From an uncultured Bifidobacteriaceae bacterium (GTDB lineage: Bacteria; Acidobacteriota; Vicinamibacteria; Vicinamibacterales; UBA2999), in assembly GCA_964535675.1 (NCBI GenBank), contig CAZHTD010000007.1, forward strand, positions 5,701 to 69,700: a DNA stretch of 64,000 nt, in the 5' to 3' direction. The position numbers and the translations under genes were made by a program. Shown here piece after piece: positions 34,872 through 43,758 of the stretch. Position 1 is the stretch's first letter, and each line of letters begins with the position of its first letter. The notes beneath the pieces are model-generated. The model had not been told where the DNA came from, did not search any database, and worked only from the letters and a program-made list of their open reading frames with translations.

Positions 34872-34888
34872 GGCGCAGAGCGCCTCAG
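34868..34888 (+). terminator. stem-loop at the pfkA stop (9-bp perfect stem, 3-nt loop)
   Basis: CTGAGGCGC aga GCGCCTCAG, which includes the TGA stop. There is no clear U-tract. Confidence 0.45.
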
Positions 34889-34910
34889 TCGCCCTCGGCA
34901 TCGTCTCTCC

Positions 34911-34930
34911 GGAGCGGCTGCCGCCGCTCC
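34911..34930 (-). terminator. stem-loop just downstream of frr (8-bp perfect stem, 4-nt loop)
   Basis: GGAGCGGC tgcc GCCGCTCC lies between the convergent pfkA and frr genes. Confidence 0.45.
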
Positions 34931-34936
34931 TTGGAA

Positions 34937-35506
34937 TCAGTTGGCGAGCAGCTCTTCGTCCTTTTTCTTCTGTAGCTCGTCGATCTTCTCGACGTGCTTG
35001 TCGGTCAGTTTCTGGATCTGGTTGAGTCCCTTGTGCTCGTCGTCCTCGGAGATCTCATGGTTCTTGAGCAGCTTCTTCAGGCGGTCGTTCGCGTCGCGGC
35101 GGACTTGGCGGACCGCATTACGGCCCTCCTCGGCGAGTCTGTGGACGTGGCGCGAGAGCTCCTTGCGGCGCTCGTCGGTGAGGGACGGGATCGGGATCCG
35201 GATCACCTTGCCGTCGCTTGCCGGGTTGAGTCCTAGGTTGGCGGCGGTGATGGCCTTCTCGATGGCCTTGCCGAGTGCAGGGTCGAACGGGGTGGCGACC
35301 AGCAGCGCAGGCTTGGGAACCGAAAGCGAGGCGACTTGGTTCAGGGGGATCGACGAGCCGTAGGCATCCACGTGCACCCTGTCGAGCAGGTTGACGCTGG
35401 CGCGGCCGGTCCGCACGCCGGCGATCTCGCGGCGCACGTGGTCGATCGCGCCATCCATGCGCAAACTCACGTCATCGAACAGGCCTTTCAGGTCGCTGAA
35501 CTCCAT
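34937..35506 (-). CDS. frr: ribosome recycling factor
   Basis: ORF track: [32 protein letters not shown]...[27 protein letters not shown]-like sequence. Confidence 0.95.
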   Translation of the reverse strand: [189 protein letters not shown]

Positions 35507-35513
35507 GTCTACC

Positions 35514-36263
35514 TCATGTGGTCACGGTCGTGCCGATGTCGTCGCCGAGGACCGCGCGCCGCACGGTGCCCGGCTCCAGTATGTTGAACACGACGATCGG
35601 CAGCCGGTTGTCCATGCAGAGCGAGATCGCCGTGGCGTCCATGACGCGCAGCTTGCGCTCGAGCACCTGCAGGTAGGAAATGCTCGTGTACTTGGTCGCG
35701 CTGGGATCGACCATGGGGTCGGCCGAGTAGACACCGTCGACCTTCGTGCCTTTCAGGATGACCTTCGCCTTGATTTCCATGGCCCGCAGGGCGGCCGCCG
35801 TGTCGGTGGTGAAATAGGGGTTGCCGGTGCCGGCGGCGAAGATGACTACCCGGCCCTTCTCGAGGTGGCGAATGGCCCGGCGACGAATGAAGGGCTCGGC
35901 GACGGCTCGCATCTCGATGGCGGTGACCACGCGAGTGGTCACGCCCTGCTGCTCGAGCGCGTCCTGCAGCGCCAGCGCGTTGATGACCGTGGCGAGCATT
36001 CCCATGTAATCGCCCGTGGCGCGATCTATCCCGTGGGTACTCGCTGCCAGCCCGCGGAAGATGTTCCCGCCGCCGATCACGATGGCAGTCTCCACTCCAA
36101 GCGACTGGATGTCGTGGACATCGTGCGCGATGCGCGCGGCGACGGCCGGGTCGATCCCATACTGCTGATCACCCATCAGGGCCTCGCCGGACAGCTTCAG
36201 GAGGACGCGGGAGTAGGCGGGCGCCGCCGCGGGGCTCGACGCGGGGGCAAGGGAGTCGACCAT
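35514..36263 (-). CDS. pyrH: UMP kinase
   Basis: ORF track: [15 protein letters not shown]...[11 protein letters not shown]...[15 protein letters not shown]...[23 protein letters not shown]. Confidence 0.95.
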   Translation of the reverse strand: MVDSLAPASSPAAAPAYSRVLLKLSGEALMGDQQYGIDPAVAARIAHDVHDIQSLGVETAIVIGGGNIFRGLAASTHGIDRATGDYMGMLATVINALALQDALEQQGVTTRVVTAIEMRAVAEPFIRRRAIRHLEKGRVVIFAAGTGNPYFTTDTAAALRAMEIKAKVILKGTKVDGVYSADPMVDPSATKYTSISYLQVLERKLRVMDATAISLCMDNRLPIVVFNILEPGTVRRAVLGDDIGTTVTT

Positions 36264-36314
36264 CGCCCCAGATTATACGGGTCCCGGCCCGACCGGGACC
36301 CGAAGTGTGGGCGG

Positions 36315-36929
36315 CTACTTGCTGCCCGCGGTCTCACCGACGCGATACCGCGTGAAGCGGCCAATAGTGATGTTCTCCCCGGTCTTGGCGCTGGTCTGCG
36401 CCACGAGCTGCCCGATCGTGACGTCGTTATCGCGAATCGACGGCTGGTCCAGCAGCACGAACTGCGAGTAGAAGCTGCCGAGCTTGCCCTTGATGATCTT
36501 GTCGATGACCTGGGATGGCTTGTTTTGTCCCTCGATCTGAGCCCGGTAGATGGCCTTCTCCTTCTCGATGGTCTCGCCCGGGACGTCTTCCCGGCGCACC
36601 CAACGCGGCTCGGCGGCGGCGATGTGCATCGAGACCTCCTTTACCAGGTCCAGGAAGTCGTCGGTTCGAGCCACGAAATCCGACTCGCAGTTGAGCTCGA
36701 CGAGAACCCCGATCCGACCGCCCATGTGGATATAGCTCGATACGACGCCTTGGGCGGTGACCCGCCCGGCCCGCTTGGCGGCCTTGGCGAGCCCGCGCGT
36801 GCGAAGGAGCGTGACGGCCTCCTCCATGTTGCCGGTGGCCTCGGTCAGGGCGCCTTTGCACTCCATCATGCCCGCGCCGGTCCGGTCGCGCAGTTGCTTC
36901 ACCATCGCTGCCGTAATCGTCGTTGCCAT
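36315..36929 (-). CDS. tsf: elongation factor Ts (short form)
   Basis: ORF track: ITAAMVKQLRDRTGAGMMECKGALTEATGNMEEAVTLLRTRGLAKAAKRAGR...IGVLVELNCESDFVA. Confidence 0.9.
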   Translation of the reverse strand: MATTITAAMVKQLRDRTGAGMMECKGALTEATGNMEEAVTLLRTRGLAKAAKRAGRVTAQGVVSSYIHMGGRIGVLVELNCESDFVARTDDFLDLVKEVSMHIAAAEPRWVRREDVPGETIEKEKAIYRAQIEGQNKPSQVIDKIIKGKLGSFYSQFVLLDQPSIRDNDVTIGQLVAQTSAKTGENITIGRFTRYRVGETAGSK

Positions 36930-37028
36930 CTTCGATACTCCGTGTCGGGTCGATGCCGCGTCAGCGGCTGTACAAGCAAAGCGCCGGCCCGCGAGCCGGC
37001 GCCTGATGCCGGGATCTCCCCACGCCCA

Positions 37029-37838
37029 TCAGGCCCCTGCGGCTGAGGTCGCATCCCGGCGCTGAGGTCGGACAGCGTTGGTCAGCCTGGCGGCAGCGTC
37101 GGCCGCCTGACTCTCCTTGGCTTGGGCGGCTGCTTCCTCCTTGAGGCTGGACTCGCGCTGCGTCCGGCCGTTCAGCACGGCGTCGGCGATCTTCGACGTG
37201 AAGAGCCGGATCGAGCGCAGGGCGTCGTCGTTGCCTGGGATGACGTAGTCGATCTCGTCTGGGTTGCAGTTGGTGTCGACGACGCCGATCACCGGGATCT
37301 TCAGCTTCCGCGCCTCGTCGACGGCAATCTTCTCCTTGCGGGTGTCGATCACGAACACTGCGTCCGGAAGCCGTGACATATTCCGGATACCTTCGAGGTT
37401 CTTTTGGAGCCGCCGGGTTTCCTTCTCGCTCCGGGCGATTTCCTTCTTCGACAGCGTGTCGTAGCGCCCGTCGGTAACCATCGCCTCGAGGTCACGCAGT
37501 CGCGCCAGACTGCGCTGGATCGTCATGAAGTTGGTCAGTAGGCCGCCCAGCCAGCGCTGGTTCACATAGAACATGCCGCAGCGCGCGGCCTCCTCGGCGA
37601 CGACGTCCTGTGCCTGCCGCTTGGTGCCGACGAAAAGGATGGTGTGCCCACCGGCCGCGAGATCGCTGACGAAGGTCTCAGCCTCCTGGAAGCGATCGGC
37701 CGTCTTGGCGAGGTCGATGACGTAGATGCCATTCCGCTCGCCGAAGATGAACTGCCTCATCTTCGGATTCCAGCGCTTCGTCTGGTGGCCGAAATGAACG
37801 CCAGCCTCGAGCAGATCCTTGATCGCGATAACCGCCAA
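37029..37838 (-). CDS. rpsB: 30S ribosomal protein S2
   Basis: ORF track: [36 protein letters not shown]...[11 protein letters not shown]...[10 protein letters not shown]. Confidence 0.95.
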   Translation of the reverse strand: MAVIAIKDLLEAGVHFGHQTKRWNPKMRQFIFGERNGIYVIDLAKTADRFQEAETFVSDLAAGGHTILFVGTKRQAQDVVAEEAARCGMFYVNQRWLGGLLTNFMTIQRSLARLRDLEAMVTDGRYDTLSKKEIARSEKETRRLQKNLEGIRNMSRLPDAVFVIDTRKEKIAVDEARKLKIPVIGVVDTNCNPDEIDYVIPGNDDALRSIRLFTSKIADAVLNGRTQRESSLKEEAAAQAKESQAADAAARLTNAVRPQRRDATSAAGA

Positions 37839-37870
37839 GCGTCCTCCTTGCCCTTCCCTTGTCCGCGAGC

Positions 37871-38263
37871 TTACCGCTTGCTGAACTGGAAGCGCTTGCG
37901 GGCGCCGGCCAGTCCGTACTTCTTCCGCTCCTTGACGCGCGAGTCGGAGGTCAGCAGGCCGTCCTTCTTGAGGGGCGCACGCAGCGCAGAGTCGTGGGCC
38001 ACGAGGGCCCGTGCGATGCCGAGCCGCAGGGCCCCGGCCTGCCCGTTGGGACCGCCGCCCGAGACGGTGGCCAAGATGTCGAATTTCTCGCCCGCCACGG
38101 TGACGGCCAGCGGCCGGCGGACCTGCATGCGAACCGCATCGGTCTTGAAGTAGTCGTTGAACTCGCGACGGTTGACGGTGATGGTGCCCGAGCCTGGCCG
38201 GAGGAAGACGCGGGCGGTCGACGTCTTGCGACGTCCAGTGCCGTAGGTTTCTGTAGTGGCCAA
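37871..38263 (-). CDS. rpsI: 30S ribosomal protein S9
   Basis: ORF 37871..38353 trimmed to TTG 38263: [30 protein letters not shown]...[19 protein letters not shown]...[18 protein letters not shown]. Confidence 0.9.
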   Translation of the reverse strand: MATTETYGTGRRKTSTARVFLRPGSGTITVNRREFNDYFKTDAVRMQVRRPLAVTVAGEKFDILATVSGGGPNGQAGALRLGIARALVAHDSALRAPLKKDGLLTSDSRVKERKKYGLAGARKRFQFSKR

Positions 38264-38264
38264 G

Positions 38265-38699
38265 CTATGCAACCTCGAATGTCTGGGGCTGTTGGGCAAC
38301 GTGCCGTGCGCTTTGGTCGTCGGCGTACACCCTGAGCTTCCGGTACATCGCATCGCCCATCTTCGTCTTGGGCAGCATGCCCCGGATGGCCTCCTCGACG
38401 AGCCGCTCCGGGCGGCGCTTCCGAACGATCGCGGCGCGCTCCTCGCGCAGACCTCCCTCGTAGCCGCTGTGGCGACGATAGAGCTTCTGCTGCTCCTTCT
38501 GGCCGGTCAGCGTGACGGCCGCCGCGTTGATCACGACCACGTGGTCACCCGTGTCGATGAACGGCGTGTAGATGGGCTTGTGCTTGCCTTGGAGCAGGCG
38601 GGCTGCCTGGGTGGCGACCCGGCCCAACACTTTGCCCTTGGCATCGATCAGATGCCACCGCCGAGGGGTGCTGCCCGCCGAAGGTACACGCGTCCGCAT
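38265..38699 (-). CDS. rplM: 50S ribosomal protein L13
   Basis: ORF 38265..38714: [47 protein letters not shown]...[11 protein letters not shown]. The start is ATG 38699 or 38714. Confidence 0.9.
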   Translation of the reverse strand: MRTRVPSAGSTPRRWHLIDAKGKVLGRVATQAARLLQGKHKPIYTPFIDTGDHVVVINAAAVTLTGQKEQQKLYRRHSGYEGGLREERAAIVRKRRPERLVEEAIRGMLPKTKMGDAMYRKLRVYADDQSARHVAQQPQTFEVA

Positions 38700-38790
38700 G
38701 GGTAGTCGATCCAAGCCTCGTTATGGTGCCAACCGTCAGTCGATTCCGATCTCGAACGGTGTCGGCAAGCGCAGGAAACCGCAAACCTCA

Positions 38791-38820
38791 ATGATAAGAA
38801 CGGTTGGATGGAGGTGTCAA
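38791..38820 (-). promoter_or_regulatory. sigma70-type promoter for rplM-rpsI (TTGACA-N18-TATCAT)
   Basis: The minus strand reads cgtctgcTTGACAcctccatccaaccgttctTATCATtgagg. -35 at 38820-38815, -10 at 38796-38791, about 80-95 nt upstream of the rplM start. Confidence 0.45.
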
Positions 38821-38873
38821 GCAGACGAAGCCGACTGGCAGCCTGTACCTGCATGCGATACGACTGCGAACGT

Positions 38874-39287
38874 CTACCTTGAGGATGCTGGGTGAATGCA
38901 ATCGGTCGTCGCAACACCTTGATGATGAGGTCCTGCGATGCAAACACGACGAAGACGGTCCGACCGGCCTCCAATGCGTTCACCTGGTCGGCCACCCCGA
39001 GCGACGGCTGAGGATCGACCATGATTCTGGCGGACAATTGCCCGGGGGCTGTCGTGTGGCGTGTCGCCGCCAGTGGGTGGCCAATGGTTCCGCGCGCGCG
39101 GCACCTGCGCCCGCGCCGTGTACGGGTCTTCCTCGTCGAGTTCCCGATCGGTTAAGCGAGCCAGCCTCCCGTCGAGGCCCGCGTGAATAAGGCTGATGGT
39201 GCTGGCCGGGCACGTGTGGCTGGTACGGTGACCGGCAGCACGTAGGCGGCCGTTAGCCAGGCGGGTCACCGTGACACTGACCGTCAT
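38874..39287 (-). pseudogene. hypothetical protein, apparently frame-disrupted (sense switches frame near 39040-39110)
   Basis: The frame from ATG 39287 (or 39368) reads MTVSVTVTRLANGRLRAAGHRTSHTCPASTISLIHAGLDGRLARLTDRELDEEDPYT, then degenerates to Arg/Gly/Pro-rich text until TAG 38874. The +1 frame reads like protein instead (GQLSARIMVDPQPSLGVADQVNALEAGRTVFVVFASQDLIIKVLRRPIAFTQHP), but it has no stop before it runs into the rplM promoter. Confidence 0.35.
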
Positions 39288-39356
39288 CGACAGTCTCGGC
39301 AACACGATGAGGGTACTGCCGAGATCGAGGTGTGGTAGCACGGACTGCCGACTGGC

Positions 39357-39362
39357 TAGAAT
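39357..39362 (+). promoter_or_regulatory. -10 box TAGAAT, 6 nt upstream of GTG 39369 (leaderless-type arrangement)
   Basis: ggcTAGAATaaccatGTGgtg. Confidence 0.4.
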
Positions 39363-39368
39363 AACCAT

Positions 39369-40088
39369 GTGGTGGATCGCACCCGCATCGAACAGCTCCA
39401 ACGCCGGGCCCTGGAGGCCTCGGCGTCGGTGGTCTTTGCCCAGCTCGCCGAGGAGCATCGGCGCGCCGACGAGTACGACGAGGCCGTCCGCATTGCCCGC
39501 CACGGCCTGATGCACTTGGCGTATCTCTCGGTCGACATGACCTTGACGCGGGCGTTCACCCATCTCCAGCGTTACGAAGAGGCGAAGACTGCGTTCGAGT
39601 ACGCGCTGGTCGGCCCCGACAACGTAGTGGCCATCTGCGACCTAGCCGACCTGTGCCAGCGCACGGGCGAAGGCGCGGGAGAGGAGGGCGCGGAAGTTGA
39701 GGAGCCGGCGGCCGCATCCGCAGCGGCGCCTGATGCGTCACCTTTCCTAGTCGTGCCGCCGCCGCTGGATGACCGGAACCTAGGCTCTCGCGTCGAGCCC
39801 GCGGTGGACGAGGAGCGGCTAGAGCTGTGCCTGCCCGACCGCGAGCCGGAGGGTGAAGATCAGTGGGACCAATTTGACACGGGCCTCCTGCCTGTGCCTC
39901 TAGGGCTGTCTGCTGTCGGCGACCTGGAGCGGTTCCTAGCGGCCGACCCGGGGGCAGCGCCCACGTCCTGGGGGAGGTTGCCTGCCCGGACCCGGCGCTC
40001 GAGCCGCGTTGATAGCGGTGGCTCAAGGCGAGCGAGCTCAAGCGCCTGCGAATTGGCGTGCGCGGCTCGACGGAATGAATCGCCCTGA
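39369..40088 (+). CDS. TPR-containing protein with an acidic/Pro-rich C-terminal half
   Basis: ORF track: VDRTRIEQLQRRALEASASVVFAQLAEEHRRADEYDEAVRIARHGLMHLAYLSVDMTLTRAFTHLQRYEEAKTAFEYAL. The 3' end overlaps pepP, and the C-terminal approx. 30 aa look non-coding. Confidence 0.65.
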   Translation: MVDRTRIEQLQRRALEASASVVFAQLAEEHRRADEYDEAVRIARHGLMHLAYLSVDMTLTRAFTHLQRYEEAKTAFEYALVGPDNVVAICDLADLCQRTGEGAGEEGAEVEEPAAASAAAPDASPFLVVPPPLDDRNLGSRVEPAVDEERLELCLPDREPEGEDQWDQFDTGLLPVPLGLSAVGDLERFLAADPGAAPTSWGRLPARTRRSSRVDSGGSRRASSSACELACAARRNESP

Positions 40089-41217
40089 CACGGCCGTCCT
40101 TGCGGCCCGGCAGGCAGGGCTGCGACGGGCGCTCATGGCACTGGACGTCGGGACTCTGGTCGTCACGCGCCTCTGCAACGTCCGCTATCTTACCAACCAT
40201 GCCGGGAGCGCGGGGATCGCCGTGCTCACCGGCGAGGGCCTCCATCTGCTGGTCGACCTGCGGTACTCGGAGGCTGTCCGGCAGTTGCAGGACTCGCCCG
40301 GTGCGTGTCCTGACCTGTCGCTGCACGTGGTGGAGGGCAGTGGCAGCTACGACGAGTCGCTGGCCGCGTGCTTGGCCGAGACGACCGCCGGCCGCATCGG
40401 CTTCGAAGCCAACGAGGTCAGTGTCAGCCGCCACGGGCGCTGGTCACGGATGCTCGGGGCCCTCGATCGGCCGGTGACGCTGGTCTCGACCGAGGATGTG
40501 GTGGAGCGCCTGCGCATGGTGAAGGACGCGTGGGAGATCGATGCCCTGCGCGAAGCAGCCACGCGGCTGGCCCCGGTGGCCGAGGCCGCCTTCCAGGCGG
40601 CCCAGGCGGGCATCTGCGAGCGGCAGGTGGCGGCGGCAATCGATGCTGCCCTCAGTGGGGTCGGCTTCGAGCGGCCGTCGTTCGACACGATCGTGGCGAG
40701 TGGGCCGAACTCGGCGCTGCCGCACCATCATCCGGGAGACCGCCGGCTGGAGACGGGAGATTTAGTCGTGCTGGACTTCGGCGGCGTCTTGAGCGGATAC
40801 TGCAGCGATCTCACTAGGACCGTTGCCATCGGCGGGCTAACGCGCGAGCGCGCGGAGCTCTACAACGCGGTGCGTGAGGCGCAGGTGGCGGCCTTGGCGG
40901 TAGTGAGACCGGGCGTGGAGGCCTGGCAGGTGGACGCGGCGGCCCGGGACGTGCTGACCCGGCACGGTCTCGGCGAGGCATTCGGCCACGGGACGGGCCA
41001 CGGGTTGGGCCTTACGGTGCACGAGGAACCGCGGGTTTCGCGTCGGCGTGACGGGGTGGCCCCCGAGGTGCTGGAGGCCGGTATGGTGTTCACGGTCGAG
41101 CCCGGCGCCTACGTGCCCGGCCTCGGTGGCGTACGGATCGAGGACGACGTACTCGTCACCGATGAAGGGTGTGAACTCCTCACCTCGGTGCCCCGAGTGC
41201 TGCAGACGCTGGGCTGA
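40075..41217 (+). CDS. pepP: Xaa-Pro aminopeptidase (M24B)
   Basis: ORF 40009..41217 trimmed to ATG 40075: NVRYLTN...DTIVASGPNSALPHH...GDLVVLDFGG...GYCSDLTRT...FGHGTGHGLGLTVHE...VFTVEPGAY..GGVRIED. Confidence 0.85.
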   Translation: MNRPDTAVLAARQAGLRRALMALDVGTLVVTRLCNVRYLTNHAGSAGIAVLTGEGLHLLVDLRYSEAVRQLQDSPGACPDLSLHVVEGSGSYDESLAACLAETTAGRIGFEANEVSVSRHGRWSRMLGALDRPVTLVSTEDVVERLRMVKDAWEIDALREAATRLAPVAEAAFQAAQAGICERQVAAAIDAALSGVGFERPSFDTIVASGPNSALPHHHPGDRRLETGDLVVLDFGGVLSGYCSDLTRTVAIGGLTRERAELYNAVREAQVAALAVVRPGVEAWQVDAAARDVLTRHGLGEAFGHGTGHGLGLTVHEEPRVSRRRDGVAPEVLEAGMVFTVEPGAYVPGLGGVRIEDDVLVTDEGCELLTSVPRVLQTLG

Positions 41218-41277
41218 CGGGCGCCGAAGTGTCTCCCGCCACATTGGGGCGGTGGATCCACGACAGACTGGCAGGAC

Positions 41278-41733
41278 ATGGACTTCGACGAGATCACACG
41301 AATCCTCGAGATGATGCGCCAGCACGACCTCATCGAGTTCGAGTTGGAGCGCGACAACGTCAAGCTGCGGCTGCAGAAAGCGGCCCCGCACGCGCTACCC
41401 GCTCTTGAGTCGCTCCGTGGGGCGCGCGTCGCCACAGCTGGAGCCGCGAAGCCGGCCGCCCCGGCGCCAGAGGCAGTACCGGTCGACGACTCACTGGTCC
41501 ATGTGACGTCGCCGATCGTGGGTACGTTCTACCGCGCGTCGGAGCCGGGAGTGAAGCCGTTCACCGACGTCGGCGAGCGGGTGACACGTGGCCAAGTGGT
41601 GTGCATCATCGAGGCGATGAAGCTCATGAACGAGATCAACGCCGAGGTCGACGGCGAAGTCGTCGAGGTGCATGTAGAGAACGGCCAGGCCGTGCAGTAC
41701 GGCGACCGGCTGTTTGCGATCAGGCCCGCCTAG
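41278..41733 (+). CDS. accB: acetyl-CoA carboxylase biotin carboxyl carrier protein
   Basis: ORF track: SPIVGTFYRASEPGVKPFTDVGERVTRGQVVCIIEAMKLMNEINAEVDGEV. Confidence 0.9.
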   Translation: MDFDEITRILEMMRQHDLIEFELERDNVKLRLQKAAPHALPALESLRGARVATAGAAKPAAPAPEAVPVDDSLVHVTSPIVGTFYRASEPGVKPFTDVGERVTRGQVVCIIEAMKLMNEINAEVDGEVVEVHVENGQAVQYGDRLFAIRPA

Positions 41734-41739
41734 GGAGCG

Positions 41740-43107
41740 ATGTTCAAGAAGATCCTAATCGCCAACCGTGGCGAAGTCGCACTTCGAGTCATCGTGGCGT
41801 GCCGTGAGCTCGGCATTAAGACGGTGGCAGTGTATTCGGAGGCCGACGTCGACTCGCTGCACGTACGCTTCGCTGACGAGGAGGTCTGCATCGGGCCGCC
41901 GCGCAGCGCCGACAGCTATCTCAACGTGCCGTCGATCATCAGCGCCGCAGAAATAACTGGTGCCGACGCGATCCACCCCGGCTACGGGTTTCTGTCCGAG
42001 AGCGCGTACCTGGCCGAGGTGTGCGAGGCGTGCCACATCCGCTTCATCGGGCCCGACCCGAGCGTGATCCGCTTGCTGGGCGACAAGGCCCGGGCGCGTC
42101 GCGCGATGAAGAAGGCGGGCGTGCCGATGCTCCCGGGGAGCACGGGGCCGGTGGACGGCGAGCAGGCGGCCGCCTCGACTGCCCAGCGGATTGGCTACCC
42201 TGTGATCATTAAGGCAGTCGCTGGCGGCGGTGGCCGCGGGATGCGCATCGTACGGGCGCCGAACGAACTGCCAGCAGCGCTGCGGACTGCACAGCGGGAG
42301 GCCGAGGCAGCCTTCGGCGTCGGGGATGTCTACGTCGAGAAGTACCTCGACAGCCCGAGGCACATCGAGTTCCAGGTGCTCGGGGACCATCACGGCAACG
42401 TCATCCACCTGGGCGAGCGCGAGTGCTCGATCCAGCGACGGCACCAGAAGCTCATCGAGGAATCGCCCTCGCCCGCGCTCACCGGCAGGATGCGCCAGAA
42501 AATGGGCGCGACGGTGGTCGACGCGGCTCGGGCGGTGCGGTACACCAACGCCGGAACGTTCGAGTTTCTGATGGACGCTGACGGCAAGATGTACTTCATG
42601 GAGGTCAACACTCGTCTCCAAGTGGAGCATCCGGTAACCGAGATGGTCACCGGCATCGACATCGTCAAGGAGCAGATCCGGATTGCCGCGGGCGATCGGC
42701 TTGCGTACACGCAGAGCGACGTGCGGTTCACGGGGCATGCAATCGAGTGCCGGATCAACGCCGAGGATCCCGAGACGTTCACGCCCTCGCCCGGCGAGAT
42801 CCAGGCCTTCAGCAAGCCCGGCGGCCCGGGCGTGCGCATCGACACGGCCGCCCACGCCCAATGCACGATCTCACCCTACTACGACTCGATGATCGCTAAG
42901 CTCATCGTGCACGCGCGCGACCGCGACGAAGCCATCGCCCGAATGCGCTGCAGCCTTGAGATGACCGTCATCGAGGGCATCCGGACTACGGTTCCGCTGC
43001 ACTTGAAGATCCTCGCCAATCCGGACTTCGCGGCTGGCCGCCTGAGCACCGCTTTCATGGACCGCTTCGCGAAGCCGGAGCCTGGCAGCCTCGTCGAATC
43101 GGCCTGA
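41740..43107 (+). CDS. accC: acetyl-CoA carboxylase biotin carboxylase subunit
   Basis: ORF track: [33 protein letters not shown]...HPGYGFLSE...[10 protein letters not shown]...[14 protein letters not shown]. Confidence 0.95.
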   Translation: MFKKILIANRGEVALRVIVACRELGIKTVAVYSEADVDSLHVRFADEEVCIGPPRSADSYLNVPSIISAAEITGADAIHPGYGFLSESAYLAEVCEACHIRFIGPDPSVIRLLGDKARARRAMKKAGVPMLPGSTGPVDGEQAAASTAQRIGYPVIIKAVAGGGGRGMRIVRAPNELPAALRTAQREAEAAFGVGDVYVEKYLDSPRHIEFQVLGDHHGNVIHLGERECSIQRRHQKLIEESPSPALTGRMRQKMGATVVDAARAVRYTNAGTFEFLMDADGKMYFMEVNTRLQVEHPVTEMVTGIDIVKEQIRIAAGDRLAYTQSDVRFTGHAIECRINAEDPETFTPSPGEIQAFSKPGGPGVRIDTAAHAQCTISPYYDSMIAKLIVHARDRDEAIARMRCSLEMTVIEGIRTTVPLHLKILANPDFAAGRLSTAFMDRFAKPEPGSLVESA

Positions 43108-43113
43108 GCACCG

Positions 43114-43758
43114 GTGTGGTTTCCGCGCCTCCAGGCCATCGTTGACACCGACGTGGCGACCCTCGCCGGCTGGGAGCCCGGGGCGCTGGCGGCCCGCTAT
43201 CTCGAGGGTGGCGCGCGCTGGCTGCAGATTCGTGCCAAGGGCATGCACACTGGGCCACTGCTTGACCTCTGTGACCGGGTGGTGGCGCTGGCGCGTCCGG
43301 CGAGGGGACTCGTCATTGTGAACGACCGCGCCGACGTGGCCTGGCTGGCAGGCGCGGCTGGCGTGCACGTCGGCCAGGAAGACCTGGCCCCGTCGGTGGC
43401 CCGGTCGCTGCTCGGGCCGGAGGCCATCGTCGGCTGGTCCACGCATAGCCGCGACCAGCTGGCGGCGGCACCCGAGCCAGCGACCTATGTCGCCGTGGGG
43501 CCGGTCTTCGGCACCCGCACTAAGGACACCGGCTACGAGGCGGTGGGGCTCGACCTGCTGCGCACCGCAGCGGTCGCCAGCCGTCCCGTGGTTGCAATCG
43601 GGGGGATCACCCTGGACCGCGTTCCGGACGTGCTCGGCGCGGGTGCGTCGGCCGTAGCGGTAGTCACCGACCTGCTCGCGGGCGGCGACCCGGCCACCCG
43701 GGTGCGGCAGTATGTCGAGACGCTGGAGCACAGCCCCGATGAGGCTGGGGCTACCTGA
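43114..43758 (+). CDS. thiE: thiamine-phosphate synthase
   Basis: ORF track: WLQIRAKG...VIVNDRADVAWLAGAAGVHVGQEDL...VGWSTHS...YVAVGPVFGTRTKD...VVAIGGITLDRV...AVAVVTDL. Confidence 0.85.
   Translation: MWFPRLQAIVDTDVATLAGWEPGALAARYLEGGARWLQIRAKGMHTGPLLDLCDRVVALARPARGLVIVNDRADVAWLAGAAGVHVGQEDLAPSVARSLLGPEAIVGWSTHSRDQLAAAPEPATYVAVGPVFGTRTKDTGYEAVGLDLLRTAAVASRPVVAIGGITLDRVPDVLGAGASAVAVVTDLLAGGDPATRVRQYVETLEHSPDEAGAT

Noticed and set aside
39366-39371. Back-to-back divergent start codons (CAT|GTG) with zero intergenic distance.
   Set aside because: This is probably an artefact of taking the longest minus-strand ORF. A TAGAAT box at 39357-39362 lies inside that extension, and ATG 39287 is a plausible true start, which leaves an 81-bp control region.
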